Shown in pieces: positions 20,902 to 32,120 of a DNA stretch of 64,000 nt. Origin of the DNA: Candidatus Buchananbacteria bacterium (GTDB lineage Bacteria; Patescibacteriota; Patescibacteriia; 2-01-FULL-39-33); contig JBAYFY010000003.1 of NCBI GenBank assembly GCA_041666945.1, positions 7,392 through 71,391 on the forward strand, written 5' to 3'. Positions within the stretch are counted from its first letter, which is position 1. Every line of letters begins with the position of its first letter. The position numbers were made by a program, and so were the translations under genes. The notes under the pieces are model-generated. The model ran no database searches, was not told where the DNA came from, and saw nothing but the letters and a program-made list of their open reading frames with translations.

Positions 20902-21498
20902 TTATATTTTATATTCTGGCGTGCTGAAAACGGTGAAGCGGCTGAATGGCCAGCCGCGAATCCAGGTCCGGCCGACAATCAAATCCTTTTTGACTGATCC
21001 GAAAATCCGGGAATCCAACGATTGCCCGCGATTATCACCCAACAAAAAGTACTCATCTTCGGCTAAAGTCACTTCGCCGTAGCCGCGTACCGGCAAGACC
21101 GTTTCCGTGCCGGCCAATAAATAAGTTTCTCCCAACTTCTCGCCGTTGATATACACGGCATTGTCTTGAATCTTTACCTTATCGCCGGGCAAACCGACGA
21201 CACGCTTGATAAAATACTGTTTAGTGTCTTTAGGATACTTGAAAACAACGATGTCGCCCCGCTGGGGCTCATTAAAACGATAACTGATTTCGTCAATGAT
21301 CAAATATTCATGATCGTAAAAGTTCGGTTCCATGGACGCTCCCTTGACATAAAACGGCTGAATCAAAAAATATCTGACGGGTAAGATAATAACTAAAGAA
21401 ATAATGGCTACTCTGACCATTTCCCAAATAAATTCGGAGATTGCCTGCCATCTTGAACGGCCAGGACTAAAACCATCGGAAATCTGATAATTATCCAT
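20902..21498 (-). CDS. lepB: Signal peptidase I
   Basis: GASMEPNF (catalytic Ser box), RGDIVVFKYP, YFIKRVVGLPGDKV (Lys box), GDNRGQSLDSR (box E). Confidence 0.8.
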   Translation of the reverse strand: MDNYQISDGFSPGRSRWQAISEFIWEMVRVAIISLVIILPVRYFLIQPFYVKGASMEPNFYDHEYLIIDEISYRFNEPQRGDIVVFKYPKDTKQYFIKRVVGLPGDKVKIQDNAVYINGEKLGETYLLAGTETVLPVRGYGEVTLAEDEYFLLGDNRGQSLDSRIFGSVKKDLIVGRTWIRGWPFSRFTVFSTPEYKI

Positions 21499-21771
21499 AA
21501 ATACTAAAAATCAATTAGAGATAAAGCGATTTGAGTTATCCCCAACTATTCAATTATTATATTTTAATCATAACATAAAACCCCAACAAAAATCAAGGCC
21601 AATAACGTCTTTTTTCCACAATTGATTAGATTAAAGCAATATGTTATGATATATAAAGATATTCTATAAAATATTTTTTTAAAAAGCGGGTAAACGGCCG
21701 TATTTTGACTTTTTCAGACGGGATTAACCGCTTTTCTTTTTTAAGGAAATTAAAGAAAGTAAACTGAAATT

Positions 21772-23406
21772 ATGTCCGACCCCATCAGAGTTAATTTTAT
21801 TGATACCCCCATAGACCAAAAAAATCGGGCTTTTACCGCCCCAAGGCAACTCCAGCCAGAACTGGAAACCGCCGGTTTAGCCGCGCCCAATCGACGGCGG
21901 CATTTTAGTTTTAAAAAATTGATCATCAGCTTCGCCGTAGTGGCCATTGTGGCCTTTATTGTTTTTTCTTCCTCCGTCGCTTTTTCTAACGAAAATCTAA
22001 TTAAAAATTTATCACAATTCAATTGGCTTAGCCAGGTTGGCAATTTAATCACTTCCGCCGATCGCGAGCTTAAAGGCGAAAGCGATGATCGCATTAATTT
22101 CATCATCATGGGCATTGGCGGCGGCGATCATGAGGGAGCGGAATTGGCGGACACGATTATTCTCGCCAGTTACAAACCTTCCACCAAGCAGATCGCCCTA
22201 ATGTCTATCCCCCGAGATTTGTATGTCAAAAGTTCTGGTTACGGCTGGGTAAAAATCAATGGCATTCGCGCTATCGCCGACAAAAAGAAAGCGGGTAGCG
22301 GCGATGAAGCCATGCGCCAAACTCTGTCTGATTTGTTAGACATAGCTATCCACTACTACGCCACGGTTGATTTTGACGGCTTTGAAAAATTAATTGACGA
22401 CTTCGGCGGCGTGGACATTGAAGTAGAGCGCGATTTAGTGGATTATTCTTATCCTATCCGCGGCCGCGAAGACGCCTACCCGATTGAAAGCCGTTACGAA
22501 AAGCTGGTGATAAAAAAGGGCCAACAGCATATGGACGGCGCCCTGGCTCTCAAATACGCTCGCAGCCGCCACGCCTTGGGTACGGAGGGATCGGATTTTG
22601 CTCGTTCCAAACGCCAGCAAAAAATCTTGCTCGCCCTGAAGGACAAGATCTTAGCGCCGGGCACTTTCTTCAATCCGCAAAAAGTCAACGGATTGTTAGA
22701 AATGTACAATGAGAATGTCCACACCAATCTGCAGGTTTGGGAAATAACGCGCCTCTTGCAGTTCGGCCGCGATATTGATTTCAGCCAAGGCATTATCACT
22801 TACAGCTTAGTCGACGGAACAGAACAGTTCTTATATGATCAGATGGTTAATGGCGCTTATGTGCTTCTGCCTTACGGCGGCAATTACGATAAAATAAAAT
22901 TTATTTGGCAGAATATTTACCTGCCGGAAATCGGCAAGGATTTGTTGATTGATAAAACCAAGTGGGCGGAATTCAAGGATTCAACTTCCACTAAAGCCAC
23001 CACCACTTCAGCCGCTGCCCCTGCCATAAAAAACAATACTGCGGCCGATAAAACAGTTGCGCCAACGGCGGCGGAGGTCGCCAAGCTCTATCCCGATGAT
23101 GAACCGGCAACGCAACAGGAATTGACTTATCAAAGTGAAAAAGCGCGCTTGGAAATTTTAAATGGCACGATGATCACCGGTTGGGCCGGGCAGGAAGCGA
23201 CCCGTTTAAAAACCAAGGGTTTCAATGTGGTTAATAGCGGCAATGCCGCGACTAAGGGCTATACTTCCATTAAAATTTACGACTTAAGCCGCGGCAAATA
23301 CCAATTGACTACTTCGGAATTGCAAGTTATTTACGGCGTGGAAGCCGCGACTCCACCGGCCAGCTTAAAATCATCCGCTGATATCGTGGTTATCTTGGGA
23401 AAATAA
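21772..23406 (+). CDS. LytR-CpsA-Psr (LCP) family cell-envelope phosphotransferase with an extended C-terminal region
   Basis: N-terminal TM, then DTIILASYKPSTKQIALMSIPRDLYV (LCP signature) and ALAYARSRH. C-terminal approximately 180 aa are additional (LytR_C-like). Confidence 0.8.
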   Translation: MSDPIRVNFIDTPIDQKNRAFTAPRQLQPELETAGLAAPNRRRHFSFKKLIISFAVVAIVAFIVFSSSVAFSNENLIKNLSQFNWLSQVGNLITSADRELKGESDDRINFIIMGIGGGDHEGAELADTIILASYKPSTKQIALMSIPRDLYVKSSGYGWVKINGIRAIADKKKAGSGDEAMRQTLSDLLDIAIHYYATVDFDGFEKLIDDFGGVDIEVERDLVDYSYPIRGREDAYPIESRYEKLVIKKGQQHMDGALALKYARSRHALGTEGSDFARSKRQQKILLALKDKILAPGTFFNPQKVNGLLEMYNENVHTNLQVWEITRLLQFGRDIDFSQGIITYSLVDGTEQFLYDQMVNGAYVLLPYGGNYDKIKFIWQNIYLPEIGKDLLIDKTKWAEFKDSTSTKATTTSAAAPAIKNNTAADKTVAPTAAEVAKLYPDDEPATQQELTYQSEKARLEILNGTMITGWAGQEATRLKTKGFNVVNSGNAATKGYTSIKIYDLSRGKYQLTTSELQVIYGVEAATPPASLKSSADIVVILGK

Positions 23407-23418
23407 TGTTAAAATCAT

Positions 23419-23937
23419 ATGAAAAAAAAATCATTTTGGGATAAAATGCCCGGCGGTGAATTATTTTTACAAGAGCGCTGGGCGGAAAAAGCTGAAGAAG
23501 AAAGAAAGGAGGGAGAAGAAAGAAAATCAACAAAAAGTGATTTTAAAACCATAGGAGAATCCGCTGATGAAGAAGTTGAATCAAAAGAAATAAAAATTTA
23601 TTATGAAATGATAGAAGCTGTAAAACAGGATGATGACTTGCAGCCCTTATTAGCCGATCTCAACAAGGCCATTATTAGTTACGCCAACAATTGCGATAAT
23701 CTAAGGGAAAATAGAAAAAGCCCTGAAAAAACAAAAGAGTTGGGAGATTACGACCATCAACGCAACATATCCCATAATGCCTTAATCGCCGCACTCAATG
23801 CTTTATCTCGCGCTTATGTCAAAAAATACGGCAAAAACATGTGGCGCTACCAAATAGATGAAGGTAGCGGAGACAGAGAAAGAATCGGCTATTGGGCGCG
23901 ATTGGTTTCCAAGCATGTAAAAAAATTAGTTGGGTAG
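23419..23937 (+). CDS. Hypothetical charged, predicted helical protein (172 aa)
   Basis: ORF immediately downstream of the LCP gene on the same strand. Glu/Lys-rich, no recognisable motif. Start uncertain (weak RBS). Confidence 0.4.
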   Translation: MKKKSFWDKMPGGELFLQERWAEKAEEERKEGEERKSTKSDFKTIGESADEEVESKEIKIYYEMIEAVKQDDDLQPLLADLNKAIISYANNCDNLRENRKSPEKTKELGDYDHQRNISHNALIAALNALSRAYVKKYGKNMWRYQIDEGSGDRERIGYWARLVSKHVKKLVG

Positions 23938-23989
23938 TTTTTATTGCTATAATAAGTTAAAATATCTTACAAAATTCATCATTGCACAA

Positions 23990-24027
23990 TAAAACCCCCC
24001 GGTTAATCCGGGAGGGTTTTATTATTA
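23990..24027. terminator. Bidirectional rho-independent terminator between the convergent 172-aa gene and leuS
   Basis: AAAACCCCCCGG-TTAAT-CCGGGAGGGTTTT hairpin with one mismatch, flanked by an A-run and a T-run. Confidence 0.5.
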
Positions 24028-24100
24028 TCGCTTTATTTTTTCAAACGCAATGCTCCCAATTTTATTGCCAAGCGTTTCTTAATGCGGCTTCATGATCAAA

Positions 24101-26965
24101 TCAAGTTACGATGGAAATTAATTTTCCCTTAATGAAAATGATTTTTTTCGGTTCGCCAATTAAATATTTTTTGACGTTCTTATCAGCCAAAGCAGCTGTC
24201 TTAACCGCTTCTTCGGTTGCATCTGTCGGCAAAATCAACTTAGCCCTGATCTTGCCGTTAACCTGCACCGGAATTTCTTTTTCCGCATCAATAATTTTTT
24301 CCGGATCGTACTGCGGCCATGACTCTTTGAAGATGCTATCCGTATGACCGAGTTTCTCCCATAATTCTTCGGCTAAATGCGGAGCGAAGGGAGACAAGAT
24401 GATTAAAATCTTTTCCCATTGCTCCCGACTAACGGCTTTAGCGTCGGGAATTTCATTAAACAAAATCATCATGGCGGAAATAGCGGTATTATAACTCATC
24501 GTTTCAATATCTTCGCCGACTTTCTTGACGGTTTTATCAAGTATAACTTCTACTTCGCTCTTCTCTTCTTTACTTAGAGTTTGCCGGCCGATATCCCACG
24601 CCTTATTCAAAAACCGGTGCACGCCCAAGATATTCTTGGTGCTCCAGGGCTTCATATCTTCCAAAGGGCCCATAAACATTTCATACAGGCGGAAAGTGTC
24701 AGCGCCGTATTCTTTCAGGATGTCGTCGGGATTAACCACATTGCCGCGCGACTTAGACATTTTTTCGCCATCCTCGCCCAAAATCAAACCTTGATTGACT
24801 AACTTAGCAAACGGTTCTTCCTGCGGCACGACGCCGATGTCAAACAAAACCATATTCCAAAAACGGGCATAAAGCAAATGCAAAACCGCGTGTTCGGCTC
24901 CGCCGAGATACAAATCAACCGGCAGCCAATATTTCATTTTTTCGGCAGCAGCGATAGCCGTGTCATTATGCGGATCAATATAGCGCAGCCAGTACCAAGA
25001 CGAACCCGCCCATTGTGGCATGGTGTTGGTTTCGCGCTTAGCCGGACCGCCGCAGTTGGGACAAGTCGTATTCACCCACTCGTCAATAGTCGCCAGTGGC
25101 GATTCGCCTGTGCCGGTCGGTTCGTATTTTTCCACTTCCGGCAAAGTCAGAGGTAAGTCCTTCTCATCCAGAGTTACAGTTCCGCATTTCTTGCAATGCA
25201 CCAAGGGAATCGGTTCGCCCCAATATCTTTGGCGGGAAAAAACCCAATCGCGCAATTTATAATTAACCGCTTTCCGGCCATAACCCTTCTCTTCCAGCCA
25301 GGCCGTCATCTTGCTGATTGCTTCTGCCGGCGCCAAGCCGTTTAAAAATTCCGAATTAACCATCAAGCCGTTATTCACGTCCGTATAAGCAATATCGCCT
25401 TTCTTAATCCGTTCCAGCCAAATATCCATTTCGGCATGAACCATAAAATCAACCGTCAGTTTCTCCGGTTCCAGCCATAAAATCTCATTCTGCGCTTCTT
25501 TTTCTTCCTCGGCTATTTCAGCTTGTTCTTCATCAACCAAATCAAATTGGATTAAATTGGTATAAGACACCCGATTAACGCCTTTATGATTGGCAAAATA
25601 CTCGGCTCGCACTTGTCCGCCCAGAATCTTGCCGTTTGCCAAATGCTTATAGCCGGTTTCTTCCAGCACTTCCCGCTTAGCGGCGGCAAGCGGTTCTTCA
25701 CCTTCGCTCATTCCGCCCATGGGAAAAGTATTCCAGTTATATTTTTTTGAATGCAGAACAAGGATTTTTCCGGTTCGCGGATTGCGGACAACGACTTGAA
25801 CGTTTTTCCGTTCCACTTTTTCCTTGCCGTCCACTGGCGGATTTCTTTTGTCTATCCTTTCTGGAACAATGACTTCAATAATCGGCAAATCAAATTTTTT
25901 GGCAAATTCAAAATCCCTATCATCATGAGCCGGCACAGCCATAATCGCGCCCGTACCGTAAGACGCCAGGACATAATCGGAAATCCAAATTGGAATTTCC
26001 GCATTATTAACCGGATTGATTGCTTTAATGCCCTTCAACTCCATGCCGGTTTTATCTTTATTGAGTTCCGTCCGTTCCAAATCGGATTTATTTTTGGCAG
26101 AATCAATATAAGCTTCAACTTCAGCAAAATTAGAGATCTGGCCTTTCAATTCTTGCGCCAATTGATGTTCCGGCGCCAAAACCATGTAAGTCGCGCCGAA
26201 CAAGGTGTCGGGGCGAGTGGTATAGACAGTGATCTTTTTATCGCTTCCGGCAATCTTGAAGTCAACTTCGGCACCCTCGCTGCGGCCAATCCAATTTTTC
26301 TGCAAAATTTTAATGGACTGCGGCCAATCCAGCTGGTCAACGCCTTTCAGCAACCGATCGGCGTAAGCGGTGATCTTCAGCATCCACTGACGCATATCGC
26401 GGCGTTCCACTGCTGTGCCGCAACGATCGCATTTGCCGTTTTTGACTTCCTCATTGGCCAATCCGGTTTTGCACGACGGACAAAAATTAATCGGCACGGT
26501 CGCCTCGTAAGCCAAACCCTTTTTAAAAAGTTGCAAAAAAATCCACTGCGTCCATTTGTAATATTTCGGATCGGTCGTATCCACTTCCCTGTCCCAATCG
26601 TAAGAAAACCCGAGCGATTGGATTTGGCGCTTGAAGGTGGCGATGTTCTGTTCGGTGGTAAGCCGCGGATGCGTGCCGGTTTTGATGGCATAATTTTCCG
26701 CCGGCAAACCGAAAGCGTCCCAGCCCATCGGGTGCAAAACATTAAAACCTTTTAATCGCAAGTAACGGGAATAAATATCGGTTGCCGTGTAACCTTCCGG
26801 ATGACCGACATGCAGGCCCGCTCCCGACGGATAGGGAAACATATCCAAAATATACTTCTTGGGCTTGGCGCCGAAATCATCGGCTCGATCAATTTTGGTG
26901 TTCAGCCATTTTTTTTGCCACTTGGCTTCGCCGCCAGCGGCTAAAAACTCTTTATACGAAAGCAT
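24101..26965 (-). CDS. leuS: Leucyl-tRNA synthetase carrying an inserted NUDIX hydrolase domain of about 165 aa
   Basis: HVGHPEGY (HIGH), EKMSKSRGN (KMSKS), CP1 editing domain. Between ...FDLPIIEVI and [12 protein letters not shown] lies a domain with a perfect Nudix box [23 protein letters not shown] (GX5EX7REUXEEXGU). Confidence 0.9.
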   Translation of the reverse strand: MLSYKEFLAAGGEAKWQKKWLNTKIDRADDFGAKPKKYILDMFPYPSGAGLHVGHPEGYTATDIYSRYLRLKGFNVLHPMGWDAFGLPAENYAIKTGTHPRLTTEQNIATFKRQIQSLGFSYDWDREVDTTDPKYYKWTQWIFLQLFKKGLAYEATVPINFCPSCKTGLANEEVKNGKCDRCGTAVERRDMRQWMLKITAYADRLLKGVDQLDWPQSIKILQKNWIGRSEGAEVDFKIAGSDKKITVYTTRPDTLFGATYMVLAPEHQLAQELKGQISNFAEVEAYIDSAKNKSDLERTELNKDKTGMELKGIKAINPVNNAEIPIWISDYVLASYGTGAIMAVPAHDDRDFEFAKKFDLPIIEVIVPERIDKRNPPVDGKEKVERKNVQVVVRNPRTGKILVLHSKKYNWNTFPMGGMSEGEEPLAAAKREVLEETGYKHLANGKILGGQVRAEYFANHKGVNRVSYTNLIQFDLVDEEQAEIAEEEKEAQNEILWLEPEKLTVDFMVHAEMDIWLERIKKGDIAYTDVNNGLMVNSEFLNGLAPAEAISKMTAWLEEKGYGRKAVNYKLRDWVFSRQRYWGEPIPLVHCKKCGTVTLDEKDLPLTLPEVEKYEPTGTGESPLATIDEWVNTTCPNCGGPAKRETNTMPQWAGSSWYWLRYIDPHNDTAIAAAEKMKYWLPVDLYLGGAEHAVLHLLYARFWNMVLFDIGVVPQEEPFAKLVNQGLILGEDGEKMSKSRGNVVNPDDILKEYGADTFRLYEMFMGPLEDMKPWSTKNILGVHRFLNKAWDIGRQTLSKEEKSEVEVILDKTVKKVGEDIETMSYNTAISAMMILFNEIPDAKAVSREQWEKILIILSPFAPHLAEELWEKLGHTDSIFKESWPQYDPEKIIDAEKEIPVQVNGKIRAKLILPTDATEEAVKTAALADKNVKKYLIGEPKKIIFIKGKLISIVT

Positions 26966-27099
26966 ATTTTTATTATTTAAGATAGTTTTAGATTAACACA
27001 AAATTACTACTATTTCAATAACTGATTCAATAACTAAAATTAAGCCGAGATTTTGACCTGATTCTTTCAGCCCGATCAAATAGGCGTTGTCGCTACGTA

Positions 27100-27128
27100 T
27101 TGACTTGCAACACCAAAAGTGCTACACT
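27100..27128 (+). promoter_or_regulatory. Sigma70-like promoter (TTGACT, 17 bp spacer, TACACT) for the small plus-strand gene
   Basis: TTGACT at 27100-27105, 17-bp spacer, TACACT at 27123-27128. GGAG RBS at about 27166-27169 and ATG at 27182. Confidence 0.4.
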
Positions 27129-27181
27129 AAAAGCCGACCCGTTGAATCAATGATCTCCGCAACTCAAATTGGAGAAAAAAA

Positions 27182-27436
27182 ATGAAAACTATTCCGGTGC
27201 TGACTTCGATTCTGGGAAACCTAAAATGGCTTATAATCGGCAATGTCATTTGTTTGATTACTATGTTATTTTTGCTACCCATCAATAATTTGACGGAAAT
27301 AGAAGAAAAAATCTTACTGGCTTTCTGTGGCTCAATAGCGGTGGCATCAATGTTCTCTTTCGTTTTTATTATGATTGCCGTCTGCCTTTTGCCTCTACCG
27401 GAAAAAACCGAGGATAATGAAAACACCGAGGAGTAA
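27182..27436 (+). CDS. Small (84 aa) two-TM membrane protein
   Basis: Preceded by the promoter-like element and a GGAG RBS. Two hydrophobic helices. Followed by a terminator hairpin at 27621..27656. The overlapping minus-strand 122-aa ORF lacks these signals. Confidence 0.45.
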   Translation: MKTIPVLTSILGNLKWLIIGNVICLITMLFLLPINNLTEIEEKILLAFCGSIAVASMFSFVFIMIAVCLLPLPEKTEDNENTEE

Positions 27437-27620
27437 ATAGACAACGGACGGATGGAGGGACGGGGGGACCGGCAAAAAGAAAAGCGGGCGATCAATTCCC
27501 ATGCGGGTTTATCGCCGGAATTGTTAAAAAAATAAGAATAACTGTTTGTTTTACCTTTTCCTAACCGAAATATTTACCGGTTTTATGATTGCCGGCTGCT
27601 AAGAGTACCTTAAACTAAAC

Positions 27621-27656
27621 CCCCTCCTCGGAGCTGTAGCTCTGAGGAGTTTTTCT
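27621..27656 (+). terminator. Rho-independent terminator after the small membrane-protein gene
   Basis: CCTCCTCGGAGC-TGTA-GCTCTGAGGAG hairpin followed by TTTTT. Confidence 0.45.
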
Positions 27657-27662
27657 TTAATC

Positions 27663-27699
27663 AAAAAAACACGACTATTTTGTAAGCCGTGTTTTTATG
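27663..27699. terminator. Bidirectional terminator downstream of uvrA (minus strand)
   Basis: AAAACACG-(14-nt loop)-CGTGTTTT hairpin flanked by A7 and T5. Confidence 0.5.
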
Positions 27700-27750
27700 T
27701 GTTTATAGAAAGTCGCCTTGATACTTCAATGCTCTGCCGCGGGGTCGACT

Positions 27751-30636
27751 TCATTTGCCCAAAATTTTCTTCAGATACTGTCCGGTGTAGCTTTCTTTGA
27801 CCCGCGCCACATCATAGGGCGTGCCGGCCGCCACCACGTAACCGCCTTTTTCTCCGCCTTCCGGACCCAGATCAATCACCCAATCGGCTGATTTTATTAC
27901 TTCAAGATTGTGCTCAATAATCAATACTGAATTGTCTTTGTCGGCTAGACGATTTAAGACGTGCAACAAGCGCTTGATATCTTCAAAATGCAAACCGGTG
28001 GTCGGCTCATCCAGGATATACAAGGTCTTGCCGGTCGGTCGGCGGGACAATTCCGTTGCCAGTTTGACGCGTTGCGCCTCGCCGCCGGATAAAGTGGTGG
28101 CGGGCTGGCCCAATTTAAGATAACCCAAACCGACTTGATCCAAAATTTCCAATTTATCAATAATTTGGTCATGGCCGGAAAAAAACTTTTTGGCTTCAGC
28201 GACCGACATGGCCAAAACGTCGGCGATATTCTTGCCTTTATAATAAATCTCCAAGGCCTCGCGATTATAGCGCTGGCCGTGGCATTCCTCGCATTCCACG
28301 TAAACGTCCGGTAAAAATTGCATTTCAATTTTAACCATGCCGTCGCCGCCGCAGGTTTCGCAGCGTCCGCCGCCTTTGACGTTGAAAGAAAAATGGCCCT
28401 GTTTGAATCCGCGCATTTTGGCTTCAGGCAGCTCGGAAAACAAGTCGCGGATGTAAGTGAACACGCCGGTATAAGTCGCCGGATTGCTGCGCGGCGTACG
28501 GCCGATGGGCGACTGATCAATATCAATTACCTTATCCAAATTCTCCAGTCCCTTGATTTCTTTATGCCGGCCCGGCAAGTCCTTGGTGCGGTAAAATCTG
28601 TTAGACAAGGCCTTGGCCAGAATTTCATTCATTAAGGTGGATTTGCCGCTGCCGGATACGCCGGTAATCACCACCAGCTTGCCCAAAGGAATCTTAACGT
28701 CAATGTTTTTTAAATTGAACTCTTTGGCGCCGATGATTTCAATTGATTTGCCATTACCTTCGCGCAATTGGCTTTTGGCTTCAATGCGCCTGACTCCCGC
28801 CAGATATTGGCCGGTCAAAGATTTTTTATTTTTCTTCACCTGGCTGATAGCGCCTTCGGCCACCACTTCCCCGCCCAAAGCGCCGGCGCCCGGCCCGATG
28901 TCAATCAGCCAATCGGAAGCCATCATGATCTGCTCATCATGTTCAACCACGACCACCGAATTGCCTTTGTCGCGCAAGGTCTTTAGGGTATTGATTAATT
29001 TTTCCGTATTGCGCGGGTGCAAGCCGATGGACGGCTCATCCAGCACATAGGTTACCGACTCCAAGCCGGAACCGATTTGCACGGCCAAACGGATGCGTTG
29101 GGCTTCCCCGCCGGCCAAAGTATTGGCGGCGCGCGACAAGGTCAGATACTCCAAACCGACGTTTTTCAAAAATGACAGTTTTTTTAACGCTTCGCGGATC
29201 AATTGCTTGGCAATTTTGCCCTCGCGCCTGTCTTCCCATTTCCTGACGAAACCGGACAAAAATTCCTCCAAGTCAGTCAAGGACAGATTTGTCACCTGCG
29301 AAATATTTTTTCCTTCCACTTTAACCGACAAGCTCTCCGGCCGCAGCCGAGTGCCATGGCAAATCGGGCAAGTGGACACGCGCATGTAATCTTCCAATGT
29401 TTTCTGCAAATATTCCGATTTAGTGTCATTATATTTGTCATCCAGAAATTTCAAAACGCCCTCAAACAGCAGCGGCTTGCCGTCTACCGGATATTCCCGG
29501 CCGTCGCCTTCAAAAATCAAATCAACGACTTTTTCCGGCAATTCGGCTACGGGCGCATGCAAAGAAAAATCATACGCTTTGGCCACCGCTTCCAATAATT
29601 TCATGTTGGAATTCTGGCTGGCAAAGTTGCGCGACCAGGGTTTAATGGCGCCTTCGGCCAGAGTCAAGCGCTTATTGGGAATAATCAAATCGCGATCGGG
29701 ATTAAGCTTGACGCCCAAGCCGCGGCAAGACGGGCAAGCACCGAAAGGCGAATTGAAAGAGAAGGATCGGGGTTCAACTTCGGGAATGCTCAATTGGCAT
29801 TTGGCGCAATAGTAATAAAGATTGAAAGCAATTTCCTGGCTGTCGCCTCCGGTTAAAGCGGGTAAGGCGATAACATTGACAAAACCGTTGCTTAAATCCA
29901 AAGCCACGAGCAGGGCTTTGTTCAGGCGTTGGAAAGACACGTCCTTGTCGTTCTGTTCCTTAATTTCCTTGGTGACGGGCAGATTGTCAATCTGCACTTC
30001 AATCGTGTGCGCTAAATCCTTATCCAAAGACAGTTTGCCGCCGGAAATTTCGTGCGCTTGGTAAAAATTGCCGTCAATGCGGAAAATTTCATAATTGACG
30101 CGCAATAAATTATCAATGACTTTGGCATGATTGCCTTTTTTATTGATTACTATGGGTGATAAAAGCGAAATACGGTTGCCTTCGGGCAACTTGGATAAAC
30201 GTTCCAAAATCTGCCCGGCGGTTTGGCGGGTCAGGGGTTCGCCGCACTTGTGGCAATGCACAATGCCGACTTTGGCATAAAGCAAACGCAGATAATCATA
30301 AATTTCCGTCACGGTGCCGACAGTGGAGCGGGGGTTAATGGAAGAAGATTTTTGGTCAATGGCGATGGTCGGCGATAAGCCGTCAATTGAATCCACGTCC
30401 GGCTTGTCCATTAAATCCAAAAATTGTTTGGCGTAAGAAGATAAGGACTCGGCGTAACGTCTTTGGCCTTCGGCGTAAATCGTGTCAAAAGCCAGGGAGG
30501 ATTTGCCCGAACCGGACAGGCCGGTGATGACTACCAACTGGTCCTTGGGGATGTCCACGGAAATGTTTTTCAGATTATTGACTCTGGCGCCGCGGACACT
30601 GATTTGTTTGTGGCCGGAAGAGAAAGATTTTGGCAT
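27751..30636 (-). CDS. uvrA: Excinuclease ABC subunit A
   Basis: 961 aa. Two ABC ATPase modules ([28 protein letters not shown]), Zn-finger Cys clusters, LSGGEAQR signature motifs. Confidence 0.9.
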   Translation of the reverse strand: MPKSFSSGHKQISVRGARVNNLKNISVDIPKDQLVVITGLSGSGKSSLAFDTIYAEGQRRYAESLSSYAKQFLDLMDKPDVDSIDGLSPTIAIDQKSSSINPRSTVGTVTEIYDYLRLLYAKVGIVHCHKCGEPLTRQTAGQILERLSKLPEGNRISLLSPIVINKKGNHAKVIDNLLRVNYEIFRIDGNFYQAHEISGGKLSLDKDLAHTIEVQIDNLPVTKEIKEQNDKDVSFQRLNKALLVALDLSNGFVNVIALPALTGGDSQEIAFNLYYYCAKCQLSIPEVEPRSFSFNSPFGACPSCRGLGVKLNPDRDLIIPNKRLTLAEGAIKPWSRNFASQNSNMKLLEAVAKAYDFSLHAPVAELPEKVVDLIFEGDGREYPVDGKPLLFEGVLKFLDDKYNDTKSEYLQKTLEDYMRVSTCPICHGTRLRPESLSVKVEGKNISQVTNLSLTDLEEFLSGFVRKWEDRREGKIAKQLIREALKKLSFLKNVGLEYLTLSRAANTLAGGEAQRIRLAVQIGSGLESVTYVLDEPSIGLHPRNTEKLINTLKTLRDKGNSVVVVEHDEQIMMASDWLIDIGPGAGALGGEVVAEGAISQVKKNKKSLTGQYLAGVRRIEAKSQLREGNGKSIEIIGAKEFNLKNIDVKIPLGKLVVITGVSGSGKSTLMNEILAKALSNRFYRTKDLPGRHKEIKGLENLDKVIDIDQSPIGRTPRSNPATYTGVFTYIRDLFSELPEAKMRGFKQGHFSFNVKGGGRCETCGGDGMVKIEMQFLPDVYVECEECHGQRYNREALEIYYKGKNIADVLAMSVAEAKKFFSGHDQIIDKLEILDQVGLGYLKLGQPATTLSGGEAQRVKLATELSRRPTGKTLYILDEPTTGLHFEDIKRLLHVLNRLADKDNSVLIIEHNLEVIKSADWVIDLGPEGGEKGGYVVAAGTPYDVARVKESYTGQYLKKILGK

Positions 30637-30707
30637 AGGGTATTTTAAGATATGTCAACCAAAAGCATATCATACTTTGATTTGCGGGTCAAGTAAGGGG
30701 CGAGAAA

Positions 30708-30750
30708 ACAAAAAAAACCGCCGAGAACTCTTGCGAGTCCCGGCGGAATT
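30708..30750 (-). terminator. Terminator of the lipoprotein/84-aa/337-aa operon
   Basis: On the minus-strand RNA: CCGCCGGG-loop-CTCGGCGG hairpin followed by U8 (plus-strand A8 at 30709-30716). Confidence 0.45.
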
Positions 30751-30759
30751 AATGAACAA

Positions 30760-31773
30760 TTAAGCGTGTTCTTCATCATCAAATTTAAATCTGCTAAGAT
30801 AACCAAGAGAACCATCAAATTCCGATTCACTCAAAATCATACCCCGCGCTTCCCACTTGAAACTGGTTTCATGACTACTGCCATGAATGGCTTGGGTTTG
30901 TTGAGCGGGTACCAACCCGAAGTACTCCGCCAACTCACCGCGCTTCAGATAGCGTAAGCCATCGCGTTGTGGCGCTTGAGTCCAATGGACACGGGCCACG
31001 ATTCCGGACGGCGTCTTAATGGCGCCAAAACCGCGAGCCAAATTCCAGAATAAAACAACGGAGCGATTCGTCGCTCTTCCTTTCTCATCCGCACAATTGG
31101 AAAGCAGGGGTGACGGCTCGGGCAGTATGCCGTCTTCGCCTTGTTGCCAATCGTCAAATCGCTCGGTTAGCCAATCATTCAATTGCGGCCAATCTACGGT
31201 CGGAAAACAAACGCCGGCGCCATTCCAAACGGCCTGATGCGCGCCCAACTGCTGCAGAGTGGCAAAAAATTTTCCTTCCTGGCTGACAATGGCCGCCTGG
31301 TAAACCACGATTCGGCCAAGCGAATCAATACCAACCAGATGCAGATTATTATCCTGCGGCTTGGTGGTAAAACACTCATACTTCTCCGACCAGCCAACCG
31401 GCACCTTCCGGCTGAAGTTGGTAACGATTTCCCGACCATTATTGACAAAGCCACCAGCCCGTTTCTCCACCAACTCACCGCGGCCATCGGCCAATAGCAC
31501 CGTCCAAGGCCGGGATGATAATCCCACCGGAGTAAAAGTGGTAACGTCAAGCGTCATCCGCTGTGGGTTTTCCGGGCACTCCTCCAAGGGAATTACCTCC
31601 TTAAGCAGGGGGATGCTATAAAATGCGCCGTCAAGTGGATTTTTCGGGCACTCCTCCAAGGGAGTTACCTCCTTAAGCAGGGGAATGTTATAAAATACGC
31701 CGTCAATAAGAAATTGCGCATAAACCACGATCCCTGCTCCATCAATTTCTGGGATAATCTCTTGCTCTGCCAT
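30760..31773 (-). CDS. Hypothetical protein with an N-terminal 20-aa tandem repeat and a C-terminal cold-shock-domain-like segment
   Basis: AAGGAG RBS before the ATG. Residues about 20-60 contain FYNIPLLKEVTPLEECPKNP and FYSIPLLKEVIPLEECPENP (a 60-bp tandem duplication at the DNA level). SVVLFWNLARGFGAIKTPSGIVARVHW resembles the CspA core (V.WFN..KGFGFI...G.D.FVH). Confidence 0.55.
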   Translation of the reverse strand: MAEQEIIPEIDGAGIVVYAQFLIDGVFYNIPLLKEVTPLEECPKNPLDGAFYSIPLLKEVIPLEECPENPQRMTLDVTTFTPVGLSSRPWTVLLADGRGELVEKRAGGFVNNGREIVTNFSRKVPVGWSEKYECFTTKPQDNNLHLVGIDSLGRIVVYQAAIVSQEGKFFATLQQLGAHQAVWNGAGVCFPTVDWPQLNDWLTERFDDWQQGEDGILPEPSPLLSNCADEKGRATNRSVVLFWNLARGFGAIKTPSGIVARVHWTQAPQRDGLRYLKRGELAEYFGLVPAQQTQAIHGSSHETSFKWEARGMILSESEFDGSLGYLSRFKFDDEEHA

Positions 31774-31865
31774 GATTCGTCTCCTTAGGTTGCCGGTCTA
31801 TCCCGGCCAGGTTATGGATAAAACCGCCTGACTCACATTGCCAGACAGTAATAACGCAACAAACG

Positions 31866-32120
31866 CTAACAATCGGGGCAGTAAGGTATGACATCTTCGG
31901 AAAACAATATTTCCTTCAGTTGTCTGGTTTGACCGCACTCAAAGGCGATTCTCGCTGCCGCTTGGCGATCAACAAATTCCCCGCTGTCAGTCAAAAAGCC
32001 CTGTTCGGCCTGGAGAAAAAACCCGGGCGGAGCAGAATGGGCATATTTCTGAATAATCCTGCCGTGACGGCAGGCGGTAAACATTTTTCCGTCTTTTCTA
32101 ATTGCTGCCCAAGCAATCAT
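31866..32120 (-). CDS. Small (84 aa) Cys/His-containing hypothetical protein (C...H...CPDC at the C-terminus)
   Basis: Strong AGGAGG RBS inside the upstream gene. ATGA start/stop overlap with the lipoprotein gene, which indicates translational coupling. Confidence 0.5.
   Translation of the reverse strand: MIAWAAIRKDGKMFTACRHGRIIQKYAHSAPPGFFLQAEQGFLTDSGEFVDRQAAARIAFECGQTRQLKEILFSEDVIPYCPDC

Noticed and set aside
27127-27495. 122-aa minus-strand ORF overlapping the small plus-strand membrane-protein gene.
   Set aside because: The plus-strand ORF has a promoter-like element, a GGAG RBS and a terminator. The minus ORF has none and has a low-complexity Ser/Phe-rich translation.
28318-29812. Plus-strand ORFs of 100-145 aa inside uvrA, and similar ORFs antisense to leuS, ileS, argS and sufS.
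   Set aside because: They are antisense to well-supported housekeeping genes, have no RBSs, and have Arg/Ala-rich translations characteristic of non-coding frames.
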